DNA from: a bacterium
GTDB taxonomy: Bacteria > Armatimonadota > UBA5829
DNA length: 64,000 nucleotides
NCBI GenBank assembly: GCA_021371935.1
Contig: JAJFVF010000012.1
Span: forward strand, 177,909-241,908
Direction of reading: 5' to 3'
How positions within the stretch are numbered: the stretch's first letter is position 1; each line of letters opens with the position of its first letter. The translations under genes were made by a program, and so were the position numbers. The notes under the pieces are model-generated. The model had not been told where the DNA came from and did not search any database. It saw nothing but the letters and a program-made list of their open reading frames with translations. This document shows, piece by piece, positions 18,714 through 28,473 of this stretch.

Positions 18714-19658
18714 ATGGGGGAAATTGCTGTGGAGCTATTTGAAGATATTTCCAAAGAAGAAGCTATCAGCCTTTTTAAGTCGGGTCAGCTAGATGATGCG
18801 ATTCCAGCGTTTGAGAACATAGCGCTGAAATTCCCGGACGATCCTCAGATTCATTCTTATTTAGGCATGGCTTACTGCAAGATTGGTGAAAAAGAAAAAT
18901 GTATCGCTTCATTTGAAAAGTCGCTGCTGCTGCTCAAATCTGCGCGAGCACACTACAATCTCGGCATTGCATACGATTCTGCAGGCAGGCAATCGGAGGC
19001 TAAGGACCAATTTCAAAAAGCCCTTGACTATGACCCCAGCTATTCTCCGGCAAGGGAAGCCATCAGGCAGATTGATTCACAGCATTCAAATGAGCCGCCG
19101 ATAATGGCTCGGGTTGCATCCGAACCACAGCCGACGATTATGGGGCAGGCTCCGCCGACTGTTTCCGCACAGCAAAGCAATGCAATTGGAATGGTGCCGG
19201 ATTTCACCACGCTCGCAGCACCAAAAGCTCCTCCCGACCTTTCAGCCGAAAAGGCACAAAAAGAACTGGAATGGCAGGAGCGGAGAAAGACTTACGTTAA
19301 GTCTGGTCTGGCATATGGCGCCATCTGCGGTGCTGTGCTTTTACTTCTCATTCGCCTGTGTTTGGTGATTATGGCTTCGTCTTTCCTGGGCAAAGGTAGT
19401 GCGCTATTGATACTTGTAGGAGCGATAATTCAGGGCGGCATCGTCGGCGGGATCGTCGGACTTTGGGTCGGTCTGACCTGTGGAGCTGAAAATGAGGGCG
19501 CCGTCGCTGGTGCGGTTGTCGGCGGTGCATACGGCCTTTTGGCAGGCCTCATAGGCGGTATGGGCGGACTTGCAATATTGAACATGCTTTTTTCCGCCCT
19601 CTGCACTGGAATCTTCGGGTTCTTTATAGGCAAAATGGTCGCCTCCAGCCTGAACTGA
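18714..19658 (+). CDS. TPR-repeat protein with C-terminal Gly-rich membrane domain
   Basis: N-terminal TPRs (HSYLGMAY, HYNLGIAY), a Pro/Gln linker and about 4 Gly-rich TM helices. Confidence 0.8.
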   Translation: MGEIAVELFEDISKEEAISLFKSGQLDDAIPAFENIALKFPDDPQIHSYLGMAYCKIGEKEKCIASFEKSLLLLKSARAHYNLGIAYDSAGRQSEAKDQFQKALDYDPSYSPAREAIRQIDSQHSNEPPIMARVASEPQPTIMGQAPPTVSAQQSNAIGMVPDFTTLAAPKAPPDLSAEKAQKELEWQERRKTYVKSGLAYGAICGAVLLLLIRLCLVIMASSFLGKGSALLILVGAIIQGGIVGGIVGLWVGLTCGAENEGAVAGAVVGGAYGLLAGLIGGMGGLAILNMLFSALCTGIFGFFIGKMVASSLN

Positions 19659-19696
19659 TAAATTCCACCCCAATACTCAATATCAACTACAAAATA

Positions 19697-20659
19697 TTAA
19701 ATTTGAAGGTTTGCCTCTTTTCGCCAGACGTCAAGCATCAGTTCATAGCGCGCAAGGCGCATGCCTGTGTAGATGCAGTTGCTGGTGGAAAAAATATAAC
19801 CTCCGCCGGGCATGCCATGTTTGATTGCATATCTTGCGGACTCGACCACTTCTTCGTCGGTGCCTGTGTCCAATAGGCCGCAGTTGACATTGCCGATCAG
19901 ACACACTTTGCCTCCATAGAGTCTCTTGACTTCGGCGATATCAACACCTGCCTGTGGATCGATTGAATGCAGTGCGTGCGGATTTGCATCAACTAATTGA
20001 TCGACTATCGGCATAATGTTGCCGTCCGTATGCTTTATAGTGTAGAACCCCATATCACGGTAGCCCTGTATAAGCTTTGCAAGATACGGCGTCACGAACT
20101 CGCTGAACTGCGTCGGGCTGAGAAACGGACCGGTGTTCAAACAATAATCAGAACACAGCGCCCAACCGTCAAGAACGTCGCGCTCGGCATATTTCGCAGC
20201 CATCTCCAGCGCATCATTGACGTTCTTATCTGCTTCGGCCTTGAGTCCATCGGGATCATCCGCCATACGGTAACTGAACTCGAGCATATCCTCACCATTT
20301 GGTATGGCATAGGTGGCATCACCATGCAGCATCAGAAAGTATTTGTCGCCGGTCTTCTCGCGGATTATATCCAGCAGCCTCATTGTCTCGTCAAAATTAT
20401 CACGACTGCTCTGGGGAAATATGGCGCTGTGCTCATATTTCTCTGCCGTCATAATATACGTGTCGGCAATGTCCACGCGGTGAAGCTGGCGCTCTTTCTC
20501 CTCCATCTGACCCCATTGATGGAAGCACCTCTGTGATGGATGGAGTTTGCCGAATGCTTCCATAGTAAGGAAGAATACCAACTCGAAGTGAGGCACTCGC
20601 CCTGCAAGGGGCTGCCGGTTAAGCGCTGCAATAAATCTCTCTCTTGGCGTCATATTCAT
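19697..20659 (-). CDS. Uroporphyrinogen decarboxylase (URO-D/MtaA-like) family protein
   Basis: MTPRERF, KHTDGNI, LIGNVNC and GGGYIFSTSN. Confidence 0.85.
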   Translation of the reverse strand: MNMTPRERFIAALNRQPLAGRVPHFELVFFLTMEAFGKLHPSQRCFHQWGQMEEKERQLHRVDIADTYIMTAEKYEHSAIFPQSSRDNFDETMRLLDIIREKTGDKYFLMLHGDATYAIPNGEDMLEFSYRMADDPDGLKAEADKNVNDALEMAAKYAERDVLDGWALCSDYCLNTGPFLSPTQFSEFVTPYLAKLIQGYRDMGFYTIKHTDGNIMPIVDQLVDANPHALHSIDPQAGVDIAEVKRLYGGKVCLIGNVNCGLLDTGTDEEVVESARYAIKHGMPGGGYIFSTSNCIYTGMRLARYELMLDVWRKEANLQI

Positions 20660-20680
20660 CTTTTCCTAACTCGTCTTTTG

Positions 20681-22696
20681 TCAGTAACCTGGTTCAATTT
20701 CCACGAAAAGTGAATGGATTCCTCTGCGGACCTTAAAAACTACTTCTTTTGGTTTTTGGCCAGCAATTTCCTTCATCGCGACTTCGAGATCGGAAGTCCC
20801 GGCAATATTTTTGTTGTTTATCTCACAGATGACATCACCAGACTGCAGACTACCCAATGCTGCCCAACTTCCATCGGTTACGGATTCCACATAGACACCC
20901 ATCTCATCAGCCTGGAGCATACCCTCGCTCCTGTCCGCAAACGCTATATCGCGGGCAGTAAAACCGAAGTCTTCATCCTCATATTTTTTATAATCGCGTG
21001 TGGGTTTTGGCGAGGTCTCAAGCTCCACCGATATATCCAGAGGCTTCCCATCGCGGATTATGCCGAGCTTTACCTGAGAGCCGATATCGTATTGCCTTAT
21101 CATGCTCGGCAAAACCTCTTCATCGCCGAGCTGGTCTGCCGGTATTGTCTCATCATCCAGCTTCAAAATAAGATCTCCAACCTTAAGCCCCGCCTTTTCG
21201 GCTGAACTTGACGGATAGACCTGCGTTATACGGACGCCGGTCTTGCCGGAAACACCTAATGCAGCAGCGAGATCGTTCGTAAGCACCTGCATATCTATCG
21301 GCAGCCAGGCTTTCCTTGCCTCGATGCCTGATCTGCTGTTTTCATTCTTTCCTATCTTTACGATGGTCGCATACTGCTTCTTGCCGCGGACGATGTTTAC
21401 CATGACCGGCACAAGGTTGTCCTTGCCGTCAAGAATCTGCCTGGTCAGTTCGCGTAGTTCCTCAACGCCGGTAATATCTTTATCGCCCACCTTTACAATA
21501 ACATCTCCCCCACGTATTGAGGGTTTGGCCGATCCTGCAGGACCGCTCGGCAATACTCCAGTGACTACGGCTCCGGCTTGTGAGGCAAGCTGCATTTCCT
21601 TACTCATCAAATAGGTGATGTTTGATGCGCACATGCCCCAGTTTTTCAGCTCATCTTCTTTGCCTATAGCACTCTGCCGTTCGACAGTGGTCACGTTCAG
21701 CGCCACTTCCTTGCCGTCACGCAACACAATGGCCTTTATATTTTTTCCGACTGGTAAATCTGCAACAAACTGATTGAAAGGAGGTAGTTCCTCTCTGAAC
21801 TTAGCCACGACTTCTTTGCCATTGAGACTGAGCAGGACATCACCTGACTGAAATCCGGCGCTTTTTGCAGGTGAATCATCCATCACTCCGCTTACCAGAA
21901 TTCCCTTCTCCAGACCTGAAGATTCGAGCAGCGGCTGGACCTCCAGACCCAACCAACTCCTGGCAACCCTGCCGTTTGCTATCAACTGTTCTGCAACTTC
22001 CTTGGCGAGGTTAGACGGAATAGCACCAGAAAGCCCGTAACTTATCTCATTGACGCCCACAATCTTGCCGTTGCGATCCACCAATGGACCGCCTGAGTTA
22101 CCGGGTCGTATAAGAGCGTCGTGGCCGATCCATCTTACAATAGACCCAACGTCCTCGCCGTCGAGTTTGAAATCATCAACAGAGACAAATCCGGGCATTA
22201 TCATCTCCGTGTTGCTTATTATGCCCATAGTCACACTCTGCGAGAGGGCAAGAGGACAGCCCATGGCAAATACACGGTCGCCCACACCCAACCTAGACGA
22301 ATCGCCGAAAGTGGCATACGGAAACGGCTTTTTGTCGGGTGATTTTAATTTGATGACCGCGATGTCCGCAAGGGCATCTGTTCCGACAAGCTCAGCATCA
22401 ACTTCCCGCTTATCAGCCAGAGTACAGACGATGCGTTTTGCGTCCATTGCAACGTGGTGATTGGTAATCGCATAGCCGTCGGGCGAGATTATGACTCCGC
22501 TGCCTGCAGACTCGGTTTTCATCTCGCGTCCCTGGCGATAATCTGCAGCGACAATCAATATTCTGATGAGCGCCGGGCGCACAGCCTCAACCGCCGTGGT
22601 CATCTCGCGCTTGATCTCATCCGCGCTGCACACTAAAGTTGAAAGCATAAACACAACAATTGCAAATGCCGCTTTTTTTGCTTTTGTGCAAAACAT
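20681..22696 (-). CDS. HtrA/DegP-like serine protease with four PDZ domains
   Basis: Signal peptide; catalytic triad TNHHV, DIAV and GNSGG; four PDZ starts (WLGLEVQ, WGMCAS, WLPIDMQ, FGFTAR). Confidence 0.9.
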   Translation of the reverse strand: MFCTKAKKAAFAIVVFMLSTLVCSADEIKREMTTAVEAVRPALIRILIVAADYRQGREMKTESAGSGVIISPDGYAITNHHVAMDAKRIVCTLADKREVDAELVGTDALADIAVIKLKSPDKKPFPYATFGDSSRLGVGDRVFAMGCPLALSQSVTMGIISNTEMIMPGFVSVDDFKLDGEDVGSIVRWIGHDALIRPGNSGGPLVDRNGKIVGVNEISYGLSGAIPSNLAKEVAEQLIANGRVARSWLGLEVQPLLESSGLEKGILVSGVMDDSPAKSAGFQSGDVLLSLNGKEVVAKFREELPPFNQFVADLPVGKNIKAIVLRDGKEVALNVTTVERQSAIGKEDELKNWGMCASNITYLMSKEMQLASQAGAVVTGVLPSGPAGSAKPSIRGGDVIVKVGDKDITGVEELRELTRQILDGKDNLVPVMVNIVRGKKQYATIVKIGKNENSRSGIEARKAWLPIDMQVLTNDLAAALGVSGKTGVRITQVYPSSSAEKAGLKVGDLILKLDDETIPADQLGDEEVLPSMIRQYDIGSQVKLGIIRDGKPLDISVELETSPKPTRDYKKYEDEDFGFTARDIAFADRSEGMLQADEMGVYVESVTDGSWAALGSLQSGDVICEINNKNIAGTSDLEVAMKEIAGQKPKEVVFKVRRGIHSLFVEIEPGY

Positions 22697-22783
22697 TTGG
22701 GACAGAACCTCCCATCTATAAGTTACTGTTCTATCAGTCTAGGCTATAACCCTCTCAGCCATGCCCGCAACGGAAAAATTCAA

Positions 22784-22811
22784 TTGACGTGTGCGCAGCA
22801 GCGAGTATAAT
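22784..22811 (+). promoter_or_regulatory. Sigma70-like promoter
   Basis: TTGACG-N16-TATAAT just upstream of ATG 22834. Confidence 0.6.
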
Positions 22812-22833
22812 AGATATTGAGAGGGCCACGAAC

Positions 22834-23871
22834 ATGCTCGATGATTATAAGTATAGCATAGGACGGCTCGTCGTCTACAGACACACCGAACCTAAGCTCC
22901 CAAAACAAAGCTATGGCCACCACGGCTCCGAAAGGACAGTCGGCGAAGTGCTTGCCGTCGATATGGTCCCCAAGCCTATGCCTCATTGGGTTTACAGCAT
23001 TCGCAACGTGCGAAACCAGGAAATGAGCCGAGTGAATGAGGACCAGATTAAGTTCGCCACCGCCGTGGGCCGATATTGGAAGAAGATCAACTCGAAGTCA
23101 GCGGAACGCAAATCTGAGGACGGAGCACTGGCCGAGATGATAGCCAAAGCTCTGACCAATCCTGACCGCGCCAAAATTCTTGGTTCGGCATTGCGCGACC
23201 TGATCCGCAGAGAAGATATGGCTGCTCGAGCATCCGAAGAAGGAGTGAACCTGCCTGTTATGGTGGGTGATTACATACGTGTTCGAGGAGACCTGCGCAC
23301 AGAGGTTAAACATATTCATAACCACTATGCCAAAGTGCTGAAGGTCGAGCCGTCGGACATCGCTGGGATCGAAAACCCTGACTTAAGATTGGGTCAGTCA
23401 AGGTTGTATAGAACTCTACACAAATATCATATCATCACGACCGAGGGTGTCGAATCGGATATATATGACGCCGAGGTCAAGCTCTTCTACACCGCAAACG
23501 GTCGAAAGACTATATTGAACTGGCGCGCCGCTACCCTCCTGGCAGAAGCATTCAAGGACGAGCCGCCATACAACCTCGAATATGAGTATCTGTCTGATCA
23601 CATATTCACTCGTGATGAACTAAGCTCGAAAAGCCGCGGCGAACTTGCACAGATATTGGCTTCGATGCTGTATGTGAAGGGCAGGATGGGCTGGCGCGAC
23701 TATCAGCGCCGGAGTCAGTTCTTTGCCGGCACTCCCAAAAGCCATCTGCTCGATGAAATACTGGAGGTCTCGCGATTCGACTCAAGACGTAATAGGCTGA
23801 TGACCGGCGAGGAGATCACAGTTCGTCAGAAAGATGCATACAGGCTTAGAAGACTGCTCAAAAACAGGTAA
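22834..23871 (+). CDS. Hypothetical protein with two SH3/Tudor-like beta segments
   Basis: Long ORF with its own promoter; no recognised family. Confidence 0.75.
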   Translation: MLDDYKYSIGRLVVYRHTEPKLPKQSYGHHGSERTVGEVLAVDMVPKPMPHWVYSIRNVRNQEMSRVNEDQIKFATAVGRYWKKINSKSAERKSEDGALAEMIAKALTNPDRAKILGSALRDLIRREDMAARASEEGVNLPVMVGDYIRVRGDLRTEVKHIHNHYAKVLKVEPSDIAGIENPDLRLGQSRLYRTLHKYHIITTEGVESDIYDAEVKLFYTANGRKTILNWRAATLLAEAFKDEPPYNLEYEYLSDHIFTRDELSSKSRGELAQILASMLYVKGRMGWRDYQRRSQFFAGTPKSHLLDEILEVSRFDSRRNRLMTGEEITVRQKDAYRLRRLLKNR

Positions 23872-23898
23872 TTAACTGCGAAATTGTCCATAGGGACA

Positions 23899-24825
23899 TT
23901 AGCCTATCGGCTCGAAATGTACAATTCTTCTAAACTCATCGTAGCGCATGTTGATATCTGCAAGGGTGAGGCGTTTGAACATGTCCAAGCTGAAATCCTG
24001 CACGTTGTATGACGCTAGGGTGCTTCCATATATCACGGCATTGCGGATATTCATGTCGCTGACCTCATCCGTGCTTGCAATATAGCCCATGAACCCGCCC
24101 GCGAAACTATCGCCCGCTCCTGTCGGGTCGGCAACCTTGGTAAGCGGATATGAAGCGGCCATAAAGCATATGTTCTCGCCGCAATACATCACCGCGCCAT
24201 GCTCGCCCTTTTTAACCACCACATACTTGGGACCATATTTGTGAATCTCATTTGCCGCAAGGGTTATATTTACGATTCCGGTAAGCTGCCGCAGTTCAGC
24301 ATCGTTGATAAACACAATGTCCACACGCTTCAAAACTTCCAGCAGAGCATCACGTTTTGATGATATCCAGAAGTTCATGGTGTCACATGCTGTAAGTTTG
24401 GCGCCAGGGGCCTGGTCGAGCACCTTAAGCTGAAGCTCGGGATCGATATTCGCCAGAAACACATATTTGGATGACTTATAATTGTCGGGCAGAACAGGAC
24501 TGAAGTTCTGAAACACATTGAGCTCGGTAAGCTTGGTGTTTGCCTGGTTCATGTCACCTTCATATGAGCCTGCCCAGTGAAAGGTCTTGCCGCCGGGGAT
24601 TGTCTGGAGGCCGCGGGTGTCGATCCTTCGCGACGCGAGGAACTCCAGGTGCTCTTTTGGAAAATCCTCCCCGACTACACCGACTATCCGCACCGGCGTG
24701 AAGAAACTTGCAGCCACCGAGCTGTATACTGCTGCTCCACCGAGTGCTCGCTCTGCCTTGCCGTAAGGTGTCTCCACCGTGTCAAGCGCTACGCTTCCTA
24801 CTATGAGTACACTATTATCAGACAT
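23899..24825 (-). CDS. PfkB-family carbohydrate/nucleoside kinase
   Basis: GSVALD, LGGAAVY, VKKGEHG and DPTGAGDSFAGG. Confidence 0.93.
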   Translation of the reverse strand: MSDNSVLIVGSVALDTVETPYGKAERALGGAAVYSSVAASFFTPVRIVGVVGEDFPKEHLEFLASRRIDTRGLQTIPGGKTFHWAGSYEGDMNQANTKLTELNVFQNFSPVLPDNYKSSKYVFLANIDPELQLKVLDQAPGAKLTACDTMNFWISSKRDALLEVLKRVDIVFINDAELRQLTGIVNITLAANEIHKYGPKYVVVKKGEHGAVMYCGENICFMAASYPLTKVADPTGAGDSFAGGFMGYIASTDEVSDMNIRNAVIYGSTLASYNVQDFSLDMFKRLTLADINMRYDEFRRIVHFEPIG

Positions 24826-24843
24826 TATGATCCAATTATTCCT

Positions 24844-25185
24844 CTATTCTAAAATATCTTGCAGCGCCCGCTTTAATGCAGGCAAGTCTTGAGAAACTAT
24901 GCTCCAAACAATATCGAGATCAACGTTGAAGTAACCGTGTATAAGCCTATCTCTGGTACCCGCAATCTGTTTCCATGGAATTGAGGACCAGCTATCCCTA
25001 ACATCTTCACTTACTGATTTTGCTGCTTCCCCAATGATTTCCAAAAGCCGAACTATTGCAAGAGACATCACCTCGTCAGTTTCTAGATCGACCTTTGTTT
25101 TGCCGGTGGCAAGTTTAGTTGCTTTGATTGTAGCGTCCAGCATATGCATCAGGCGTACACGATCATCATTACTCAGCATATACAA
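24844..25185 (-). CDS. DUF86/HepT-like HEPN ribonuclease toxin
   Basis: [30 protein letters not shown] (R-x4-H-x-Y). Confidence 0.9.
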   Translation of the reverse strand: MYMLSNDDRVRLMHMLDATIKATKLATGKTKVDLETDEVMSLAIVRLLEIIGEAAKSVSEDVRDSWSSIPWKQIAGTRDRLIHGYFNVDLDIVWSIVSQDLPALKRALQDILE

Positions 25186-25474
25186 GCTCCGATTCGTTTA
25201 TCACGGCTTGCCGAAAATAATGACTCAGGAAACCTGGAGTGTTAAGGTCCACTTTGCGACCGAGAATTTCAGACAGCTCATCTTGCATCTCAAAAAATGC
25301 GAAACCCGGCACGTGATCTGGCTCGAACTCAACCAGCACATCCACATCACTTGTAGGCTTGAAATCAGAGCGGAGCACAGAGCCGAAAAGCGACAGCCGC
25401 TTTATGTGATGGCGTCTACAGTAATCAGCTATGGCTGATGTATTAAGCTCGACATTATGTTTTGAGCCATTCAT
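25169..25474 (-). CDS. MNT minimal nucleotidyltransferase antitoxin (MntA-like)
   Basis: [20 protein letters not shown] (GS-x10-DxD). ATG overlaps the tagA stop as ATGA. Confidence 0.9.
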   Translation of the reverse strand: MNGSKHNVELNTSAIADYCRRHHIKRLSLFGSVLRSDFKPTSDVDVLVEFEPDHVPGFAFFEMQDELSEILGRKVDLNTPGFLSHYFRQAVINESELVYAE

Positions 25475-26229
25475 TTTTGTGTCCTCTTGCCGGCAAACAT
25501 TCTCTCTCGATACACCATCATCAAAAACTTTGGCAGCACGCTGACTTTTGAAATTTTGCTCGGGTCTTTGGCAAGACGATATGCCCACTCAAGACCATGG
25601 TTTTGAAACCATACTGGGGCGCGCTTGACCCTGCCGGAGAATACATCGAACGAGCCGCCGACTCCCATCGCGACACTTATGCCCATGTCACTCATATATC
25701 GTTTTATAAACTTCTCTTGCCTGGGAATTCCCATCGCAACGAGCAGTGCCTGTGCGCCGGACTCCTTGACCAGCCCTGCTATTTCAGAATCACTATCGGG
25801 CTTGAAGTAGCCATCATGCGTGCCTGCGACATTCATTCCCGGATATGCTTTTGCCAGGTTATCGGCCGCAGCATCAGCGATGCCCGGTTCGGCACCAAGA
25901 AAAAATATTGAAAAACCGTCCTCGGCAGACATCCGGCATAACTCGCGCGCTAAATCGACTCCACTCACTCGCTCAATCAGAGGAGTGCCGAGAATCCTGG
26001 CGCCTTTAATTATACCAGAGCCGTCCGGCGTGACCAGATCAGCCTCGTTTATAATATTTTTGAGATCATTATCATCTTGAGCACGAGCAATCATCGAAGC
26101 ATCAGCAGTGACGATCATGTGTGGTTTGCCGCTGGCGATGAAGTCCTTTATTGCATCAAGCGCATACTTCATGTCTATGCGGTGCACTTTTATACCGAGT
26201 ATTTTAATGCAGGGAATGCTTTCTTCCAT
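25471..26229 (-). CDS. WecB/TagA/CpsF-family glycosyltransferase
   Basis: TPDGSGI, RVSGVDL, HDGYF, MGIPRQE, GVGGSFD and GLEWAYRL. Confidence 0.93.
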   Translation of the reverse strand: MEESIPCIKILGIKVHRIDMKYALDAIKDFIASGKPHMIVTADASMIARAQDDNDLKNIINEADLVTPDGSGIIKGARILGTPLIERVSGVDLARELCRMSAEDGFSIFFLGAEPGIADAAADNLAKAYPGMNVAGTHDGYFKPDSDSEIAGLVKESGAQALLVAMGIPRQEKFIKRYMSDMGISVAMGVGGSFDVFSGRVKRAPVWFQNHGLEWAYRLAKDPSKISKVSVLPKFLMMVYRERMFAGKRTQK

Positions 26230-26244
26230 TAGGCAAATACAACC

Positions 26245-26802
26245 TTAGAAAATCCCAAAAGATTCTTTCTCGAACAGCTCCAAAATATTGTCTGTCTCTT
26301 TGATCCTGTCTGCGGCGATAGTATGCGATTTATCGAGAGTGATCGCTGCTGTTGACATATCACGAAACTTCTTGGCGGCTTCATAGCCGCCTTTGAGGTT
26401 TCTTGGGTTCATGGCAAATATTCTGAGCATGCCTAGTGCTCCTAATAGATCAAGTGCATCGGCATCCGTAAGCAAAACCGACTCAATGCACCTGTCCTCT
26501 GGCCCGCCATGATGATATTGGATGCAATCAAGCACGACCTTTTTCATTTCCTCGGACATGCCCTGCTCCGCCAAAAACTCCTCGGCAACCTCTCGCGACC
26601 TGTCGGCATGCCAAACACCCGGAACTGTCCATTTTTCATACCCGCCCCAATCGTGCAGATAGGCAGCCAGCCAGATTACATCGCTATCAAATTCCAACCC
26701 TCCGCCTATCAGAGCGACCAGATGAATCAGACGCTCTGCGTGCTGCACAGCCCAGTCGCCGCCATATTCATATGTCAATTCGACTATTTTCTCTTTGTTC
26801 AC
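26245..26802 (-). CDS. HD-domain protein
   Basis: H...AAYLHDWG...HH...DADALD. GTG 26802 follows GGAG (the ORF track extends to 26937). Confidence 0.8.
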   Translation of the reverse strand: MNKEKIVELTYEYGGDWAVQHAERLIHLVALIGGGLEFDSDVIWLAAYLHDWGGYEKWTVPGVWHADRSREVAEEFLAEQGMSEEMKKVVLDCIQYHHGGPEDRCIESVLLTDADALDLLGALGMLRIFAMNPRNLKGGYEAAKKFRDMSTAAITLDKSHTIAADRIKETDNILELFEKESFGIF

Positions 26803-26973
26803 AACGCCAACTCCGGCATATTTATCTCGCACTGCCAACAAATTAAACCGCGAATGCCCGTATGCTGTCAAGGAGACTGACTCCAGGCAACGGTCATTTG
26901 CATGTTTCAACGAAGACAGTATAATTAAAGCTGTCATTATAATAGATCAAGTGAATCGACGGTAATACAAAAC

Positions 26974-28473
26974 ATGCGTCAGCCCCTGTTGACAATGAAA
27001 GGGATTACTAAACGGTTTCCCGGCGTGCTTGCCTTGCACAATGTTGATCTCGAACTGAATCGGGGTGAAATACTCGGCCTGATCGGTGAGAACGGCGCCG
27101 GCAAGTCGACCCTGATGAAAATTCTGGGCGGCGACTATCCCGCCGATGAAGGCGAAGTGCTCTTTGAGGGCACCAGCGTTCATATGAATGATGTTCAGGA
27201 CTCGATTGCACTGGGTGTCTCTCTCATCCACCAGGAGCTGTGTCTGGCTCCTAATCTTGACGTTGCTTCCAACATTTTCCTCGGTCATGAGCCGCAAAAA
27301 GGCCTCCTCAAGATTGTCGACCGCAAACAGCTCTACTGCAAGGCAGGTGAGCTTGCCAAGCGAGTGGGCATAACAGCATCCTTGACTGATCTTGTGGAAA
27401 GTCTTTCTCCCGGTGAGCAGCAGCTTGTGGAAATTGCAAAAGCACTCTCATATGACGTGCGCATACTTGTCCTCGATGAGCCGACTAGTTCTCTCAGCCC
27501 CGCCGAAGCCGACAAACTCTTTGAAGTCATGAAGATGCTCAAGAGTGAAGGTGTCGCGATGATCTACATATCCCACCGCCTGGGTGAAGTGCAACAGATG
27601 TGTGACCGGGCTGTGGTGCTGCGCGACGGATGTCGGGTGGGAGAACTCGACAAGGCACACCTGACGCCTGACGAAATGGTGAAACTGATGGTCGGGCGCA
27701 ACATTTCACGTTTTTCAAGTAATGACACCGAGCGCCATAAGGGTGATATCGTGCTCTCGGTGCGCGACATTCAGCACGTGGGCGGCAAAGGCAAAGTCAG
27801 CTTCGAGCTGAGAGCAGGTGAAATACTTGGAATCGCAGGGCTGGTGGGCGCAGGCCGCACGGAGCTTATGCAGGCTCTCTTTGGTGTTAAGCCGAAGCAC
27901 TCAGGCGATATCTATATGGATGGGCACAAGGTCGAAATAAAATCATCCACTGATGCCGTGCGCGCAGGAATGGGATTTGTGCCTGAAGACCGCAAGGAAC
28001 TCGGTGTTTTGCTGGAGATGAGTGTTACCGAAAACATATCGCTGGCCGGTATCGGTACATATAACCCGCCGTTTATGGACCGCAAGCGCGAGATGCAAGT
28101 TGCCAAGGAACATGTGGAAGCACTGGAGATAAAGACTCCCTCGCTTTCGCAGGAAGTGCAGTATCTCTCAGGAGGCAATCAGCAGAAAGTGGCACTTTCA
28201 AAGTGGCTCAGCCTGGACCCGAAGGTCCTGATACTCGATGAGCCGACCCGTGGCATAGACGTGGGAAGCAAGAGCGAGATTTATAAGCTGATCCGTGATC
28301 TGGCAGACAAAGGGATGGGCGTTATAATGGTCTCATCTGAAATGGAAGAGATCATTGGCCTCTCGGATCGAGTCCTGGTAATGCATGAAGGATACTGCAC
28401 AGGCACACTCGATCATGACCGGATCAACGAAGAAAACATTATGCAGTTGGCAACCGGAGGTAAGGCGAGTTGA
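26974..28473 (+). CDS. Sugar ABC transporter ATP-binding protein (RbsA-like)
   Basis: Two ABC domains; GENGAGKST, LDEPT and LSGGNQQKV. Confidence 0.95.
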   Translation: MRQPLLTMKGITKRFPGVLALHNVDLELNRGEILGLIGENGAGKSTLMKILGGDYPADEGEVLFEGTSVHMNDVQDSIALGVSLIHQELCLAPNLDVASNIFLGHEPQKGLLKIVDRKQLYCKAGELAKRVGITASLTDLVESLSPGEQQLVEIAKALSYDVRILVLDEPTSSLSPAEADKLFEVMKMLKSEGVAMIYISHRLGEVQQMCDRAVVLRDGCRVGELDKAHLTPDEMVKLMVGRNISRFSSNDTERHKGDIVLSVRDIQHVGGKGKVSFELRAGEILGIAGLVGAGRTELMQALFGVKPKHSGDIYMDGHKVEIKSSTDAVRAGMGFVPEDRKELGVLLEMSVTENISLAGIGTYNPPFMDRKREMQVAKEHVEALEIKTPSLSQEVQYLSGGNQQKVALSKWLSLDPKVLILDEPTRGIDVGSKSEIYKLIRDLADKGMGVIMVSSEMEEIIGLSDRVLVMHEGYCTGTLDHDRINEENIMQLATGGKAS

